From the NCBI GenBank assembly GCA_050949865.1, contig JBMNGN010000005.1, positions 89,647 through 153,646 on the forward strand: a stretch of DNA of 64,000 nucleotides, given 5' to 3'. The position numbers and the translations under genes are program-made. Each line of letters begins with the position of its first letter. Position 1 is the first letter of the stretch. Shown here piece by piece: positions 49,467 to 58,551 of the stretch. The notes under the pieces are model-generated. The model did no database searches and was not told the origin of the DNA. It saw only the letters and a list, made by a program, of their open reading frames with translations. Origin of the DNA: Syntrophomonadaceae bacterium. Lineage in GTDB: Bacteria > Bacillota > Syntrophomonadia > Syntrophomonadales > Syntrophomonadaceae.

Positions 49467-49908
49467 TAAGTGTATCACCCTTCTCATCGACAACTATCTT
49501 GATCACCAATAGTATGCTGCCGCATACTATGGCGGCATCAGCAATATTGAATACCGGCCACCAACCCAAGTCAAAAAAGTCTACTACATAACCAAATACA
49601 ACCCGGTCAATAAGGTTGCCCAAAGCTCCTCCGGCAATGCACCCGGTAAACAGTTTAATTAGCCGGGGCGTATGGTATCTATGGTTATACCATATTAAGG
49701 CAAAAATAATAAAGGCGGCGGTTATAAGAAAAAACCAGCTTTTACCCTGCAAGATCCCGAAAGCAGCTCCCTGGTTCCGAATATAGGTTAAATATAAAAA
49801 GCCATCGATCAGAGTTCTGCTCTCACCAAAGGCGATCTCATTTATTACCCACCACTTTGATAACCTGTCTAAAAGCACTACTATTAATGCGCTTAGCCAG
49901 AACTGCAT
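49459..49908 (-). CDS. lspA: lipoprotein signal peptidase II
   Basis: 149 aa with NQGAAFG and FNIADAAI catalytic Asp contexts and four TM segments. Confidence 0.93.
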   Translation of the reverse strand: MQFWLSALIVVLLDRLSKWWVINEIAFGESRTLIDGFLYLTYIRNQGAAFGILQGKSWFFLITAAFIIFALIWYNHRYHTPRLIKLFTGCIAGGALGNLIDRVVFGYVVDFFDLGWWPVFNIADAAIVCGSILLVIKIVVDEKGDTLNA

Positions 49909-49964
49909 TATTTACCCCTCCGGATATCAGCCTTCAAGTTCTATGAATATTGGCGTAGGATTAC

Positions 49965-50005
49965 ATATTATAATATAACATTCAAATCAAATATATTATA
50001 ATATA
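49965..50005. repeat. two copies of the 13-mer ATATTATAATATA, which contains the 12-bp perfect palindrome ATATTATAATAT
   Basis: Copies lie at 49965-49977 and 49993-50005 (28 bp start to start) in the gap upstream of lspA. Each contains TATAAT on both strands. Confidence 0.8.
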
Positions 50006-50202
50006 ATTAATTACCATTATATGGCAATATATGCCAGTTAAGGTTTGCAGGGGGTTTTAAGCTTGCCTTTACTAAGACGGGTGGTTAATATTCTTGGCTT
50101 AATAAAAATATACCGGGACTTTGAAGGCCAGATCTACTACAAAGTCGCCTTTTCCAAAAAACTCCGGCCTATCCTGTAAAGGCCTCTTATATTGCCTAAC
50201 TT

Positions 50203-50835
50203 CTAACCGATAATGATAATATTTACTTTTCGGGGTCCATGCATACCTAATACCAGGTTAAGGGCAATATCAGCCGACCTGCTTATTCCGGTAATAAAGG
50301 TTATGGCTGCTACATCGCAAATACCATCATTTTTTAGAGCCGATACTGCCGAATACCGGTCGGGAACAATATGTTGCGCTTCCAGTATGCATAGATGGTG
50401 ATTCGGAGCTAAGGATATAAGCCTGGGGTTCCAATGATTATGCTTGATCACAATCGTACCGCTATCGGCAATTCCATAATCGCAAGAAGTAATCCCCAGT
50501 TCAGCCTTAAAAGCTATATCCCTGAACTCCTGTCTTTTTATGTCTTCCACATTACATACAGGCAGGCTGTTTGGCAGTTTTAGTCTTCTAATCAAACTGT
50601 CGTTTGATGTAATAATCGAATGATAATTATTTTCTCGCACCAGGTTTTCTATGGTTTCTCTGGCATCATCATCATTGCTTACCCTGTCAACCTGTGCCCC
50701 GGCCAGCCTGGCCTTGTCAATAAACATTTCTACATTTGCCGGCTGAGCCGTTTCAGGAATATTTATTAAACTGGTATCCTGGTAGTCAGACGGGATTCTT
50801 CTTAACCGGCCCAGAATATTTTCCCTACTGCCCAT
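50203..50835 (-). CDS. lutC: lactate utilization protein C (LUD domain)
   Basis: ATG 50835 lies 9 nt after GGAGGGGGAG and overlaps the end of lutB. YkgG/LutC-like, and last gene of lutABC. Confidence 0.8.
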   Translation of the reverse strand: MGSRENILGRLRRIPSDYQDTSLINIPETAQPANVEMFIDKARLAGAQVDRVSNDDDARETIENLVRENNYHSIITSNDSLIRRLKLPNSLPVCNVEDIKRQEFRDIAFKAELGITSCDYGIADSGTIVIKHNHWNPRLISLAPNHHLCILEAQHIVPDRYSAVSALKNDGICDVAAITFITGISRSADIALNLVLGMHGPRKVNIIIIG

Positions 50836-52336
50836 AATTAGCTTCTCCCCCTCCATCCTGGTTAATCGCTATCGATCCTTTCTCCATTTTTATTGTAGCC
50901 TTCGGTAAAAGTCCCTTTTTCCATCTCTGGTGAAAACTCAAGGCAGGAGGTTCAGGTAAATCCCTGCAACTAAACCAGCCTTTCATCGGTCCCGGCAGGT
51001 ATTTTACATACCCATTCTTGCTTAACAGCCTAGTAAACAACTTAACCATCCCCAGACCGCCGGCAAAAATACTAGGGCTGCTAATTGCCTTGCCCCACAG
51101 ACTGAAAGCCAGTTTCTCGGCAAATGATGGGGGAGCAGCCCTAAAAGTTTTACTTCCCGAGGATTTAATCTCCCGGTAATATTCCACAATCTCGGTATGG
51201 GGAACCTTAACCGGACATATCTCCTCACAGGCTCCGCAAAGGGTACAAGCTTCATAAAGGTCTTGGGTTTGATCAAGCCCCAAAAGCAAAGGGGATAAGA
51301 CTTTGGCAATGGGCCCCGAATAACACCACCCGTAAGGATAGGCTCCAACCCGAAGCCATATCGGGCACCGATACATGCACCTTCCACAGCGTATGCATTT
51401 TAACCCCCCACGAAGGCTGGGATCTTGATAGGCAGTACTGCGCCCGTTATCGATAATCACAACATATACCTCTTCCGGGCCGTCAAAATCCTCTGGCTTC
51501 CTGGGTCCATTTATTATGGAGATATAAGAGGTCATAACCTGCCCGGTACAATTAGTAGTCAATAAACTCAATAAATATAGGGCTTCTTCCAGTGAACCCA
51601 CTATTTTTTCCACACTCATTAATGATATTTGGATCCGTGGGCTGGTGGTAGACCATCTGATGTTTCCCTCATTTTCTACCAGGATAATGCTGCCGGTAGA
51701 AGCTACCGCCTGGTTTACCCCGGTAATGCCAATATCTACCATCTCGAACTGGCTGCGCAGAAAATTCCGGACAAATTCGGCCATTTCTAGGGGCTTTTCC
51801 GTATAAGGCATATTAACGTGCTCATGGAGCAATGAGGCTATTTCAGGCACAGTCAGATTAATGGCCGGCCCAACCAGGTGAAATGGCGGGGTACCACGCT
51901 GCTGTACTATAAATTCCCCCAGATCCCCCTCATATACCTTCATTCCCGCATTTTCCAGGCTGTGATTCAGGTCGATCTCTTCACTTATAATTGATTTCCC
52001 TTTAGTAACTATCTTGGCATCATGTTTCTTAGCCAAATCAAGTATTAACCTGATTGCCTCGGGGCCATCTTCAGCCCATAGCACTTTAATCCCATTGCGG
52101 GCAGCATTGGCTTCAAATTTCTCCAACAGATCAGGGAGCGCATTTAAAGAATTTTCCCTTATGTTTCCGGCTACCTGTTTCGCTGCCTGCTGATCTTTTA
52201 AATCGCCAAATATCCCCATGGCGTTGTTGCACCGGAGGCGGTTGTTTTCGCTGAGGCGGGCAAGAAATTCACGCTGGGCCTTTTTAGCTATTTCAGCTTC
52301 AGCTGTTTTCTGATAATCCTGCGGGTGAGGCTTCAT
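50825..52336 (-). CDS. lutB: lactate utilization protein B (Fe-S, LUD domain)
   Basis: ATG 52336 overlaps the lutA TGA (ATGA). It has two 4Fe-4S motifs, CIRCGRCMYRCP and CTLCGACEEICP. The track start at 52441 lies inside lutA. Confidence 0.85.
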   Translation of the reverse strand: MKPHPQDYQKTAEAEIAKKAQREFLARLSENNRLRCNNAMGIFGDLKDQQAAKQVAGNIRENSLNALPDLLEKFEANAARNGIKVLWAEDGPEAIRLILDLAKKHDAKIVTKGKSIISEEIDLNHSLENAGMKVYEGDLGEFIVQQRGTPPFHLVGPAINLTVPEIASLLHEHVNMPYTEKPLEMAEFVRNFLRSQFEMVDIGITGVNQAVASTGSIILVENEGNIRWSTTSPRIQISLMSVEKIVGSLEEALYLLSLLTTNCTGQVMTSYISIINGPRKPEDFDGPEEVYVVIIDNGRSTAYQDPSLRGGLKCIRCGRCMYRCPIWLRVGAYPYGWCYSGPIAKVLSPLLLGLDQTQDLYEACTLCGACEEICPVKVPHTEIVEYYREIKSSGSKTFRAAPPSFAEKLAFSLWGKAISSPSIFAGGLGMVKLFTRLLSKNGYVKYLPGPMKGWFSCRDLPEPPALSFHQRWKKGLLPKATIKMEKGSIAINQDGGGEANYGQ

Positions 52337-53076
52337 ACAGCTACACCCCCCTGCATATTGTCGGCCAGGAATGAAGCCAGATGCCTGACCTTCAGGTCTG
52401 GACGATGACGGTGCACATAACCGGTAATATTGAGTAGACATCCCGGATCCGAAACCACCAGAACATCAGCCCCGGAAGCTACAAAATTATTAACCTTGTC
52501 GGCTGCCATTACTTCAGAAATTAAAGGATACTTATAGGAAAACTGCCCTCCAAAACCACAGCATTCCTCGGCAAGATTCAAGGGAATGAGCGTGGCATTT
52601 TTCACTTTGGCCAACAGTTTTTCCGGCTGCTCATCAATGCCTAAAGCCCTTAAGATATGACAGCTTTTATGGTAGGCAACAGTTCCATGGTACTCTGCAT
52701 TAACATCCTCGATACCAGCAATATCCACTAAAAACTCAGATAATTCATATACCTTTTGGGCCATTTTTACAGCCCGGTCATACCATGATGGTTCATCCTT
52801 TAATACCCGGCAGTACGAGTTTCTTATGGTATGTACGCAAGAGCCGGAAGGACTAACAATAAATTCATCATCCTCGAAAATCTCAATAAACCTCTTAGCT
52901 GCTTTAATTGCTATATCAGTATGCCCAGCGGTAAACGCAGGCTGACCGCAACAGGTCTGTTCTTGGTGATAATCCAGTTCAAAACCAAGGTTACTCAATA
53001 ATTTTACGGTCGCTTCTCCTACATTGACCAGAATTGCGTCAATTGCGCAAGGAATAAAAAGTGATACCTTCTGCAT
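52333..53076 (-). CDS. lutA: lactate utilization protein A (CCG-domain Fe-S oxidoreductase)
   Basis: 247 aa with two cysteine-rich CCG motifs (QTCCGQPAF, ECCGFGGQF). Confidence 0.85.
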   Translation of the reverse strand: MQKVSLFIPCAIDAILVNVGEATVKLLSNLGFELDYHQEQTCCGQPAFTAGHTDIAIKAAKRFIEIFEDDEFIVSPSGSCVHTIRNSYCRVLKDEPSWYDRAVKMAQKVYELSEFLVDIAGIEDVNAEYHGTVAYHKSCHILRALGIDEQPEKLLAKVKNATLIPLNLAEECCGFGGQFSYKYPLISEVMAADKVNNFVASGADVLVVSDPGCLLNITGYVHRHRPDLKVRHLASFLADNMQGGVAV

Positions 53077-53120
53077 TAAACCACTCCCTTTGTATAATTG
53101 AAACCCAATCCATCTTATCT

Positions 53121-53149
53121 ACTCTAAACTCCCCCTTCACGTGGTTCAA
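53121..53149 (-). promoter_or_regulatory. possible sigmaA promoter of lutABC
   Basis: Minus strand reads TTGAAC (53149-53144), 17 nt, TAGAGT (53126-53121), ~45 nt upstream of the lutA ATG. Confidence 0.4.
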
Positions 53150-53246
53150 AAGGCAGTATATGAATAATTATAGGTTTAATATATATTCGATAGAACCCTG
53201 GCCTAACCCTTTCATATTTCTATTTTTTAGTACTGTTTCCATAAAA

Positions 53247-53351
53247 GAGGAAGACCGCCACTCCCGCGGTTTTCCTCTCATCATCGCAGGCATACGGCTC
53301 AGCAACTGTGATTGGTCTGGTCAGCATGTGGTAGTGCTTTGAGCGTATGCC
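53247..53351. other. structured intergenic element: long imperfect hairpin plus a terminator-like hairpin
   Basis: Outer stem GGCATACG/CGTATGCC (53290-53297 and 53344-53351) continues through CTCA/TGAG and GCA(A)CT/AGTGC. A second hairpin, GAGGAAGACCGC/GCGGTTTTCCTC (53247-53277), is followed by UUUUAU on the minus strand. Confidence 0.35.
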
Positions 53352-53424
53352 TTTTACTAATCAGGTCTTTAATCTGGCCTTTTTTTTCACCCCCTCGGTC
53401 TGCCAGGCTGTTTATGAACCGTCA

Positions 53425-53460
53425 CAAAAAAAAAGAGGCTATCCTTTTGGGACAGCCTCT
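53425..53460 (-). terminator. rho-independent terminator of the YflT-like gene
   Basis: Minus strand: AGAGGCUGUCC-CAAAA-GGAUAGCCUCU (one G-U pair) followed by a U9 run, 14 nt after the stop codon. Confidence 0.85.
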
Positions 53461-53473
53461 TGGAGAGCTATGT

Positions 53474-53932
53474 TTACCTGTGGGATTCAACCTCTTGGGC
53501 ACCATGGCTTTTTAATAAATCGGCAACTTCTCCGGCTCTCTGCTCATCGGCTTCAATTACCGCCAGGATATTCCCTTCTCGTACCTTTTGCTCATAGTGT
53601 TTGCTGCGCTCTTCCGGTATGCCATAATCAATCAATCCTCCGGCAATTCCTCCGGTTAAAGCCCCGCTGATTATCCCGCTCAAGGGTCCAGCCACAACCA
53701 ATGGCCCTATGCCGGGAATAAACAGGGCACCTGCGCCCAGCGCCAATCCAGCGATACCACCCAGGACCCCGCCAGTCAATACTCCATCGCTTATATCTTG
53801 ATTTCCTCCTCCATTTCCCATATCCTCTTTAGCTATCAGGGATATTTTCCCCTCAAAACCCCTCTGCCTTAATTGTCTAACCGCTGTTTCCGCGGTTTCT
53901 CTCTGCTTGAAATAACCGATTACTTTACTCAT
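53474..53932 (-). CDS. general-stress-protein-like (YflT/GSP17M-type N-domain) protein with glycine-zipper segment
   Basis: ATG 53932 follows AAAGGAGG. The N-terminus is VIGYFKQRETAETAVRQLRQRGF. The Gly-rich core is GGVLGGIAGLALGAGALFIPGIGPLVVAGPLSGIISGALTGGIAGGL. Confidence 0.6.
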   Translation of the reverse strand: MSKVIGYFKQRETAETAVRQLRQRGFEGKISLIAKEDMGNGGGNQDISDGVLTGGVLGGIAGLALGAGALFIPGIGPLVVAGPLSGIISGALTGGIAGGLIDYGIPEERSKHYEQKVREGNILAVIEADEQRAGEVADLLKSHGAQEVESHR

Positions 53933-54209
53933 TTTATACCTCCTTTCTCTATTCATACTTCCCCATAGGAGGGTTAATTATTTATCTCTCAAATCCGGTT
54001 TAATTAACTGGAAAAAAGCTCTCTAAGAAAGCAACAAATCACATAATCAACCGGTATAAATCAGCTATAAGGGAAACTAAGGCTTGTACTATTCCTGACA
54101 ACCTTTTATCCCTAACCGTTTTTTTACGTAATTTCCCCAACTAGTACCATGCTGTGCCCTGCAATTTTCCGGAATGATGTATAACCGCTTAATTCCTGGA
54201 ATCTAAGAA

Positions 54210-55313
54210 TTAGAGGAATAACCTTACCAGGGAACAGGTACGATAGGTCCGCCAGGCAGACCGGCCCGCCTCGTCCAGCAGCTTGGACCGGTCCTTCTGA
54301 AACCCCTGCTCCTTTACCTTCTTATCCGACAAATACATAGCCAGGAGCCCGTTTATAACCAGTCCATCCAGGGGGGCAGATGGTAAACCCCTTATTCTTT
54401 GCCGGGCTTCCCGGGTAAACAACCTTATACGGTCTAAAAGCTGTAAATGGTTATCATAATAAAAAGTAAAATTGAGATCTCCCCCTTTCAGGTCTTCCTC
54501 CTGATCGATGAAATAGTCCAGGAGGATGTGCAAACCGCATATATATGGAAAATAGGCATTAATTATCTGATCGGCCAATTCCCCCCTGGCTTCATTGGCA
54601 GCAGCCAGACCCAAAAGAGCAAAAATGGCCAAGGTTGAGCCACTAGCCGCCGCAAACTCCTGCCACAATATATCAGGGTATTTACTTAAATGAGTAAATG
54701 CCCAGTCCTTCAGCTCCCTTTCCCTAATTGACCAATTAAGGTGTTTGATAACCTGCAGGTCTACATATAAGCCGATTAATTCCATTATCCTTCCACGTAC
54801 CATACTGAACTGGGGCAGTTGTTCCGTACACCACTGGCATTCTTTAACCAGGCTATGCAAGTAGCCTGAATCATCTTTAAACGGGTACAACGCATAATAG
54901 TCTCGTAAACAGCTGCCTGGAGTAAGGGCATCAAAAAGAGAAGCATGGAGCAAACGGAAGGCTGGCTGGCTATCAACCCCCACCCGGTCACATAAATTGT
55001 CCAAATAATCGCAAAGAGTCTGGTAGCTGGTAATCAATCTTATTAATAACATTTCCTGCTCCGGGCAGAGGGCAGCATAAACCGCACCTCCCTGGCAGTG
55101 AAAGGCTTTAGATTTTAAACTGGCCAAGGCCTGTTTTCTAAGTTCTAAATCATAGCATTGGGCTGCTGTCTTTTCCCATTTTCTCAACAGTTTTTGGACC
55201 TGGGGCAAAATACCTGTTATATATTTCCACATAATGATATCAGAGGGCAGAATATCGGCTATTAGCCGGCAAAGTGAAATCCGAGCAGTATTTAATGATG
55301 GAGAAGCTGGCAT
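54210..55313 (-). CDS. ytpB: tetraprenyl-beta-curcumene synthase family protein (YtpB-like, DUF2600)
   Basis: 367 aa, the same length as B. subtilis YtpB and collinear with it: RKQALASLKSKAFHCQGG, YQTLCDYLDNLCDR, YFPYICGLHILLDYFIDQEEDLKGGDLNF. Confidence 0.8.
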   Translation of the reverse strand: MPASPSLNTARISLCRLIADILPSDIIMWKYITGILPQVQKLLRKWEKTAAQCYDLELRKQALASLKSKAFHCQGGAVYAALCPEQEMLLIRLITSYQTLCDYLDNLCDRVGVDSQPAFRLLHASLFDALTPGSCLRDYYALYPFKDDSGYLHSLVKECQWCTEQLPQFSMVRGRIMELIGLYVDLQVIKHLNWSIRERELKDWAFTHLSKYPDILWQEFAAASGSTLAIFALLGLAAANEARGELADQIINAYFPYICGLHILLDYFIDQEEDLKGGDLNFTFYYDNHLQLLDRIRLFTREARQRIRGLPSAPLDGLVINGLLAMYLSDKKVKEQGFQKDRSKLLDEAGRSAWRTYRTCSLVRLFL

Positions 55314-56305
55314 TCGTTAGCCTCCTGCTGGATGGATGAAAAGTGGCTCACTTTCTGGTAATAGTTGCTTAATAAATAACTGCTGACAGACCTTAGAGCA
55401 TTAATTCCCGGCCGAGATGACAGTCCATTCAGCAGTTTTAGCCCGGCTTCAATAAACGATTTGGAGCTCTCGACGGCTTTTTTCAAAGACCCGGAGTCTT
55501 TTAGTATTTGCAGTACCTTAGACATAACTACCGGGGTAATGCAGGGCCCGGATAAGCACTCCTTTAGCTGTGCCCCGTATACGGGATCATTAAGCGCAAA
55601 GATTATAGGAAGGGTAATGTTTCCTTCCGCCAGATCATTACCAACCGGCTTCCCGATTAAACTTACATCTGATTCAAAGTCCAGAACATCATCAATAATC
55701 TGGTAGGCATAACCAAGGTACAACCCATATTGCTCTAATATAGATACTTCTTCCCTGGGCATGGTGCTCACCAGGGCTCCGATTTTGCAGCTGGATGCAA
55801 ACAGGCAAGCGGTTTTTTTATAAGTTTTCTCGAAATAATCCTCTTCACTGATATCAGTTTTAAAGGCCATGGATAATTGTTTAATCTCGCCAATGCACAT
55901 TATCTTTATGGTCTGGGTAATGGTCTCCATAACCTGTTCCAATTGATGCTGATTAATAAGATTAAAAGCGGTTGCAAACAGGTAGTCGCCGCTCAACACA
56001 CTAACCTTATTACCCCACCGGCTATTTATACTTTCCTTTCCCCTCCTTACCAGGGCATTGTCTATAACGTCATCATGAACCAGCGAGGCAAGGTGAATCA
56101 GTTCTACCGCTACTGCCATGTCTCTTACCACTTCCGGGTTGTGGGAATATAGGGAAGCAGTAAGGTATACTAACCTAGGCCTTATCATTTTACCGCTAGC
56201 CTCCAACATATAAACGAATAAATCGTCAATATCCCTGTTTTCGGTCTTTAACACCTGTCTCATTCTCATGGTAATCTTTTCAGCAGGGAAAGGGTAAATC
56301 ATCAT
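55292..56305 (-). CDS. hepT: long-chain trans-polyprenyl diphosphate synthase (HepT-like)
   Basis: It has Asp-rich motifs LVHDDVID and IIDDVLD, and the IHLASLVHDD context seen in heptaprenyl/octaprenyl synthases. ATG 56305 is the probable start; the track start is TTG 56377. Confidence 0.8.
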   Translation of the reverse strand: MMIYPFPAEKITMRMRQVLKTENRDIDDLFVYMLEASGKMIRPRLVYLTASLYSHNPEVVRDMAVAVELIHLASLVHDDVIDNALVRRGKESINSRWGNKVSVLSGDYLFATAFNLINQHQLEQVMETITQTIKIMCIGEIKQLSMAFKTDISEEDYFEKTYKKTACLFASSCKIGALVSTMPREEVSILEQYGLYLGYAYQIIDDVLDFESDVSLIGKPVGNDLAEGNITLPIIFALNDPVYGAQLKECLSGPCITPVVMSKVLQILKDSGSLKKAVESSKSFIEAGLKLLNGLSSRPGINALRSVSSYLLSNYYQKVSHFSSIQQEANECQLLHH

Positions 56306-56395
56306 ATCCTGATTGGGGATAATAGCAAACACTCCCTCGTAATAATTACAATTAGTAGTCTGCCCCCCTGCCAGCAAAATATGCTCGCCAGATAA

Positions 56396-57130
56396 TCAAT
56401 TACTTATTAATCTCCTCTTAATCTGTTCATGGGCAAAATATTCGATGGAATCATCAAGCTGCCCGGTGATTTTAACCTGTTTTCTTTTAGCCATCGCTTT
56501 TATAAAGAAATCAGAAATCTCCGGATTCTTAGGCAGAAGTGGACCATGTAGATAGGTAGCGATGAGTTTCTTGTATTTTATTCCTTCGGTTTTGTCTTCA
56601 CCGTTATTGCCAAAACCCTTGATTACTTTGCCAAATGGCTGAATATTTTTATCCTGAAAGTAAGTCCTGCCCCCGTGGTTCTCGAAGCCTACTACACTGA
56701 TGACTCTATTATTAATCGAACATTCAATCAGGATATTGCCGATAAACCTTTCTTTTTCACCCCGGGTATAAAAATCAAAAAAACCCAGTCCGTTTATTTG
56801 TTTTCCCTCAGGAGACTGGTAATAATTTCCCAATAGCTGGTAGGCACCACATATACAGAGAACCGGAAGACCTGATTCTATCTGCATCATCAGGGCATTA
56901 CCTTTTAGTAAAAGATCCTTATATACCAGCTTTTGTTCTCGTTCTGATCCCCCGCCCATAAAAATCATGTCAACCGATTGGTAGTCTATCATATCCCCCA
57001 GGTTGATATCTTTAATGGTACATTGATGCCCATACCATTCAATCCGCTGTTTGAGGCAGATAAGATTTCCCCGATCCCCGTATAGGTTCATTAAATGTGG
57101 GTACATATGAGCAATTACAAACTCAGCCAT
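56396..57130 (-). CDS. gatD: lipid II isoglutaminyl synthase, glutaminase subunit GatD
   Basis: ATG 57130 lies 5 nt after GGAGGGG. It has the CobB/CobQ-type GATase nucleophile context CICGAYQLLG and His context YLHGPLL. It lies directly downstream of murT. Confidence 0.85.
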   Translation of the reverse strand: MAEFVIAHMYPHLMNLYGDRGNLICLKQRIEWYGHQCTIKDINLGDMIDYQSVDMIFMGGGSEREQKLVYKDLLLKGNALMMQIESGLPVLCICGAYQLLGNYYQSPEGKQINGLGFFDFYTRGEKERFIGNILIECSINNRVISVVGFENHGGRTYFQDKNIQPFGKVIKGFGNNGEDKTEGIKYKKLIATYLHGPLLPKNPEISDFFIKAMAKRKQVKITGQLDDSIEYFAHEQIKRRLISN

Positions 57131-57156
57131 TAACACCCCTCCGGTATCACGCAGTT

Positions 57157-58551
57157 TTATTCCCCCAAACCTGTCGAGTATGCCCTTCTCTCCTCATGAA
57201 CCGGCTGTTTTTCCTGCTTTTGCAGCTTTTCTAATATTTTTCTCAAAGCAAACAATGCAGTGTAGGTACATAATATGTAGTTAACCTCGCTGGCCTGATT
57301 AATGGCCATTATAACCCCCTCTTTTAAATCGGGAATAATAATAATACTGCCTGGATTAAAACCTGAATATTTAAACCTGACTGCAATATCCCCGCTCCGC
57401 AACCCGGAACATACAATCTTGCTTACATTGGTTTCAGGAAGACTAGCCAATTCGAGATTGGAATCCCAAATCCAGGAGATATCCCGTCCATCAGCTGCAT
57501 TGTCATTAAGGGCAAAAAATAGGTTTTTCCTGCGGTTATCAGTCAATAATGTAGCAATGGTCTGGTTTAAACCGGCAGGGTTTTTAACCAAAACCAGGAT
57601 ATTCGGTTTACCGTTAATTATAAAAGTCTCCATCCTTCCGGCTCGGGGCTTATACTTATAAATAGCCCTCTGGATAACATCGTCTTCAATACCTATTAAC
57701 TTGGCCAAAGAACAGGCAGCAAGTATGTTGTAGGCATTAAAGAAGCCCTGGTACTGGCTTACTATGCTGATATCATTAACCCTGAATTTGATAGCTGGAT
57801 TCATTACCAGGTTGCTTCCGGTAAAATTGCGTTTGGGGTTGCTGCTTCCGCACTGCGGACAATTAAACTTGCCCAGCTGAGCATAATGAAAGCGCCGGTA
57901 GGAAATTTCATGACCGCAATATATACAATACCTTCCTTCCCGGTTTTCCAAACTAAAGTCGGTGTCATAGGCGGTATCATCAAAACCATAATACCAGCAA
58001 TGTAGCCCAGTCTCATTGTGGAAATGAACTACCAAGGGATCATCAGCATTTAGTACCAGTTCTATTGCCGTATGCCTGACTGAATCCTTGATTAGATTGA
58101 TAGTATGGTCCAGTTCTCCATACCTGTCAAGTTGATCCCGGAAGAAATTAGTAATCAATAAAGCGTTTATCTTAATTTCCTTTAATAAAAGGGGCACATT
58201 AGCCTCGTCAGTTTCCAGCAAAGCGTATTCATGTTTTCGCGTTCCCAATAGGTTGGTAGCATCTATAAAAGCGGTTGTTATCCCTGATATCATATTAGCC
58301 CCGGCTCGATTATGAACAAACCGGTAGCCCTTTTCACTTAATATACCGGCCAGCATATTGGCCGTAGTAGTCTTCCCGTTAGTGCCGGTGACCACAAAGA
58401 TCTCCTCAGTAATATTTTTAGCCAGTTCCTTTAATATTCCCGGATAAATCTTTCTGGCCAGTAACCCTGGAAAGTCAGTACCCTGGTTCCCCAGCAAACG
58501 GCTTAATAAAATCATCAGTTTGCCAACCAGAACGGCAGCTACTCTAAGCAT
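57157..58551 (-). CDS. murT: lipid II isoglutaminyl synthase, Mur-ligase-like subunit MurT
   Basis: 464 aa with GTNGKTTT, a Cys4 ribbon (CIYCGHE...CPQCG) and the C-terminal DNAADGRDISWIWD motif (DUF1727). Confidence 0.88.
   Translation of the reverse strand: MLRVAAVLVGKLMILLSRLLGNQGTDFPGLLARKIYPGILKELAKNITEEIFVVTGTNGKTTTANMLAGILSEKGYRFVHNRAGANMISGITTAFIDATNLLGTRKHEYALLETDEANVPLLLKEIKINALLITNFFRDQLDRYGELDHTINLIKDSVRHTAIELVLNADDPLVVHFHNETGLHCWYYGFDDTAYDTDFSLENREGRYCIYCGHEISYRRFHYAQLGKFNCPQCGSSNPKRNFTGSNLVMNPAIKFRVNDISIVSQYQGFFNAYNILAACSLAKLIGIEDDVIQRAIYKYKPRAGRMETFIINGKPNILVLVKNPAGLNQTIATLLTDNRRKNLFFALNDNAADGRDISWIWDSNLELASLPETNVSKIVCSGLRSGDIAVRFKYSGFNPGSIIIIPDLKEGVIMAINQASEVNYILCTYTALFALRKILEKLQKQEKQPVHEERRAYSTGLGE

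Noticed and set aside
50063-50179. A 38-codon plus-strand ORF (TTG start after AGGGGG; MPLLRRVVNILGLIKIYRDFEGQIYYKVAFSKKLRPIL) in the lutC-lspA gap.
   Set aside because: It overlaps the likely lutC terminator region (GGCCU...AGGCC followed by GGAGUUUUUU on the minus strand). It matches no family I recognise, and a TTG start on such a short ORF is weak evidence.
53061-53670. Three overlapping plus-strand ORFs (53061-53342, 53312-53515, 53347-53670) cross the lutA upstream gap.
   Set aside because: They run through two terminator hairpins and an A/T homopolymer run, and into the antisense of the YflT-like gene. Their translations look random. The region is better explained as structured non-coding DNA.
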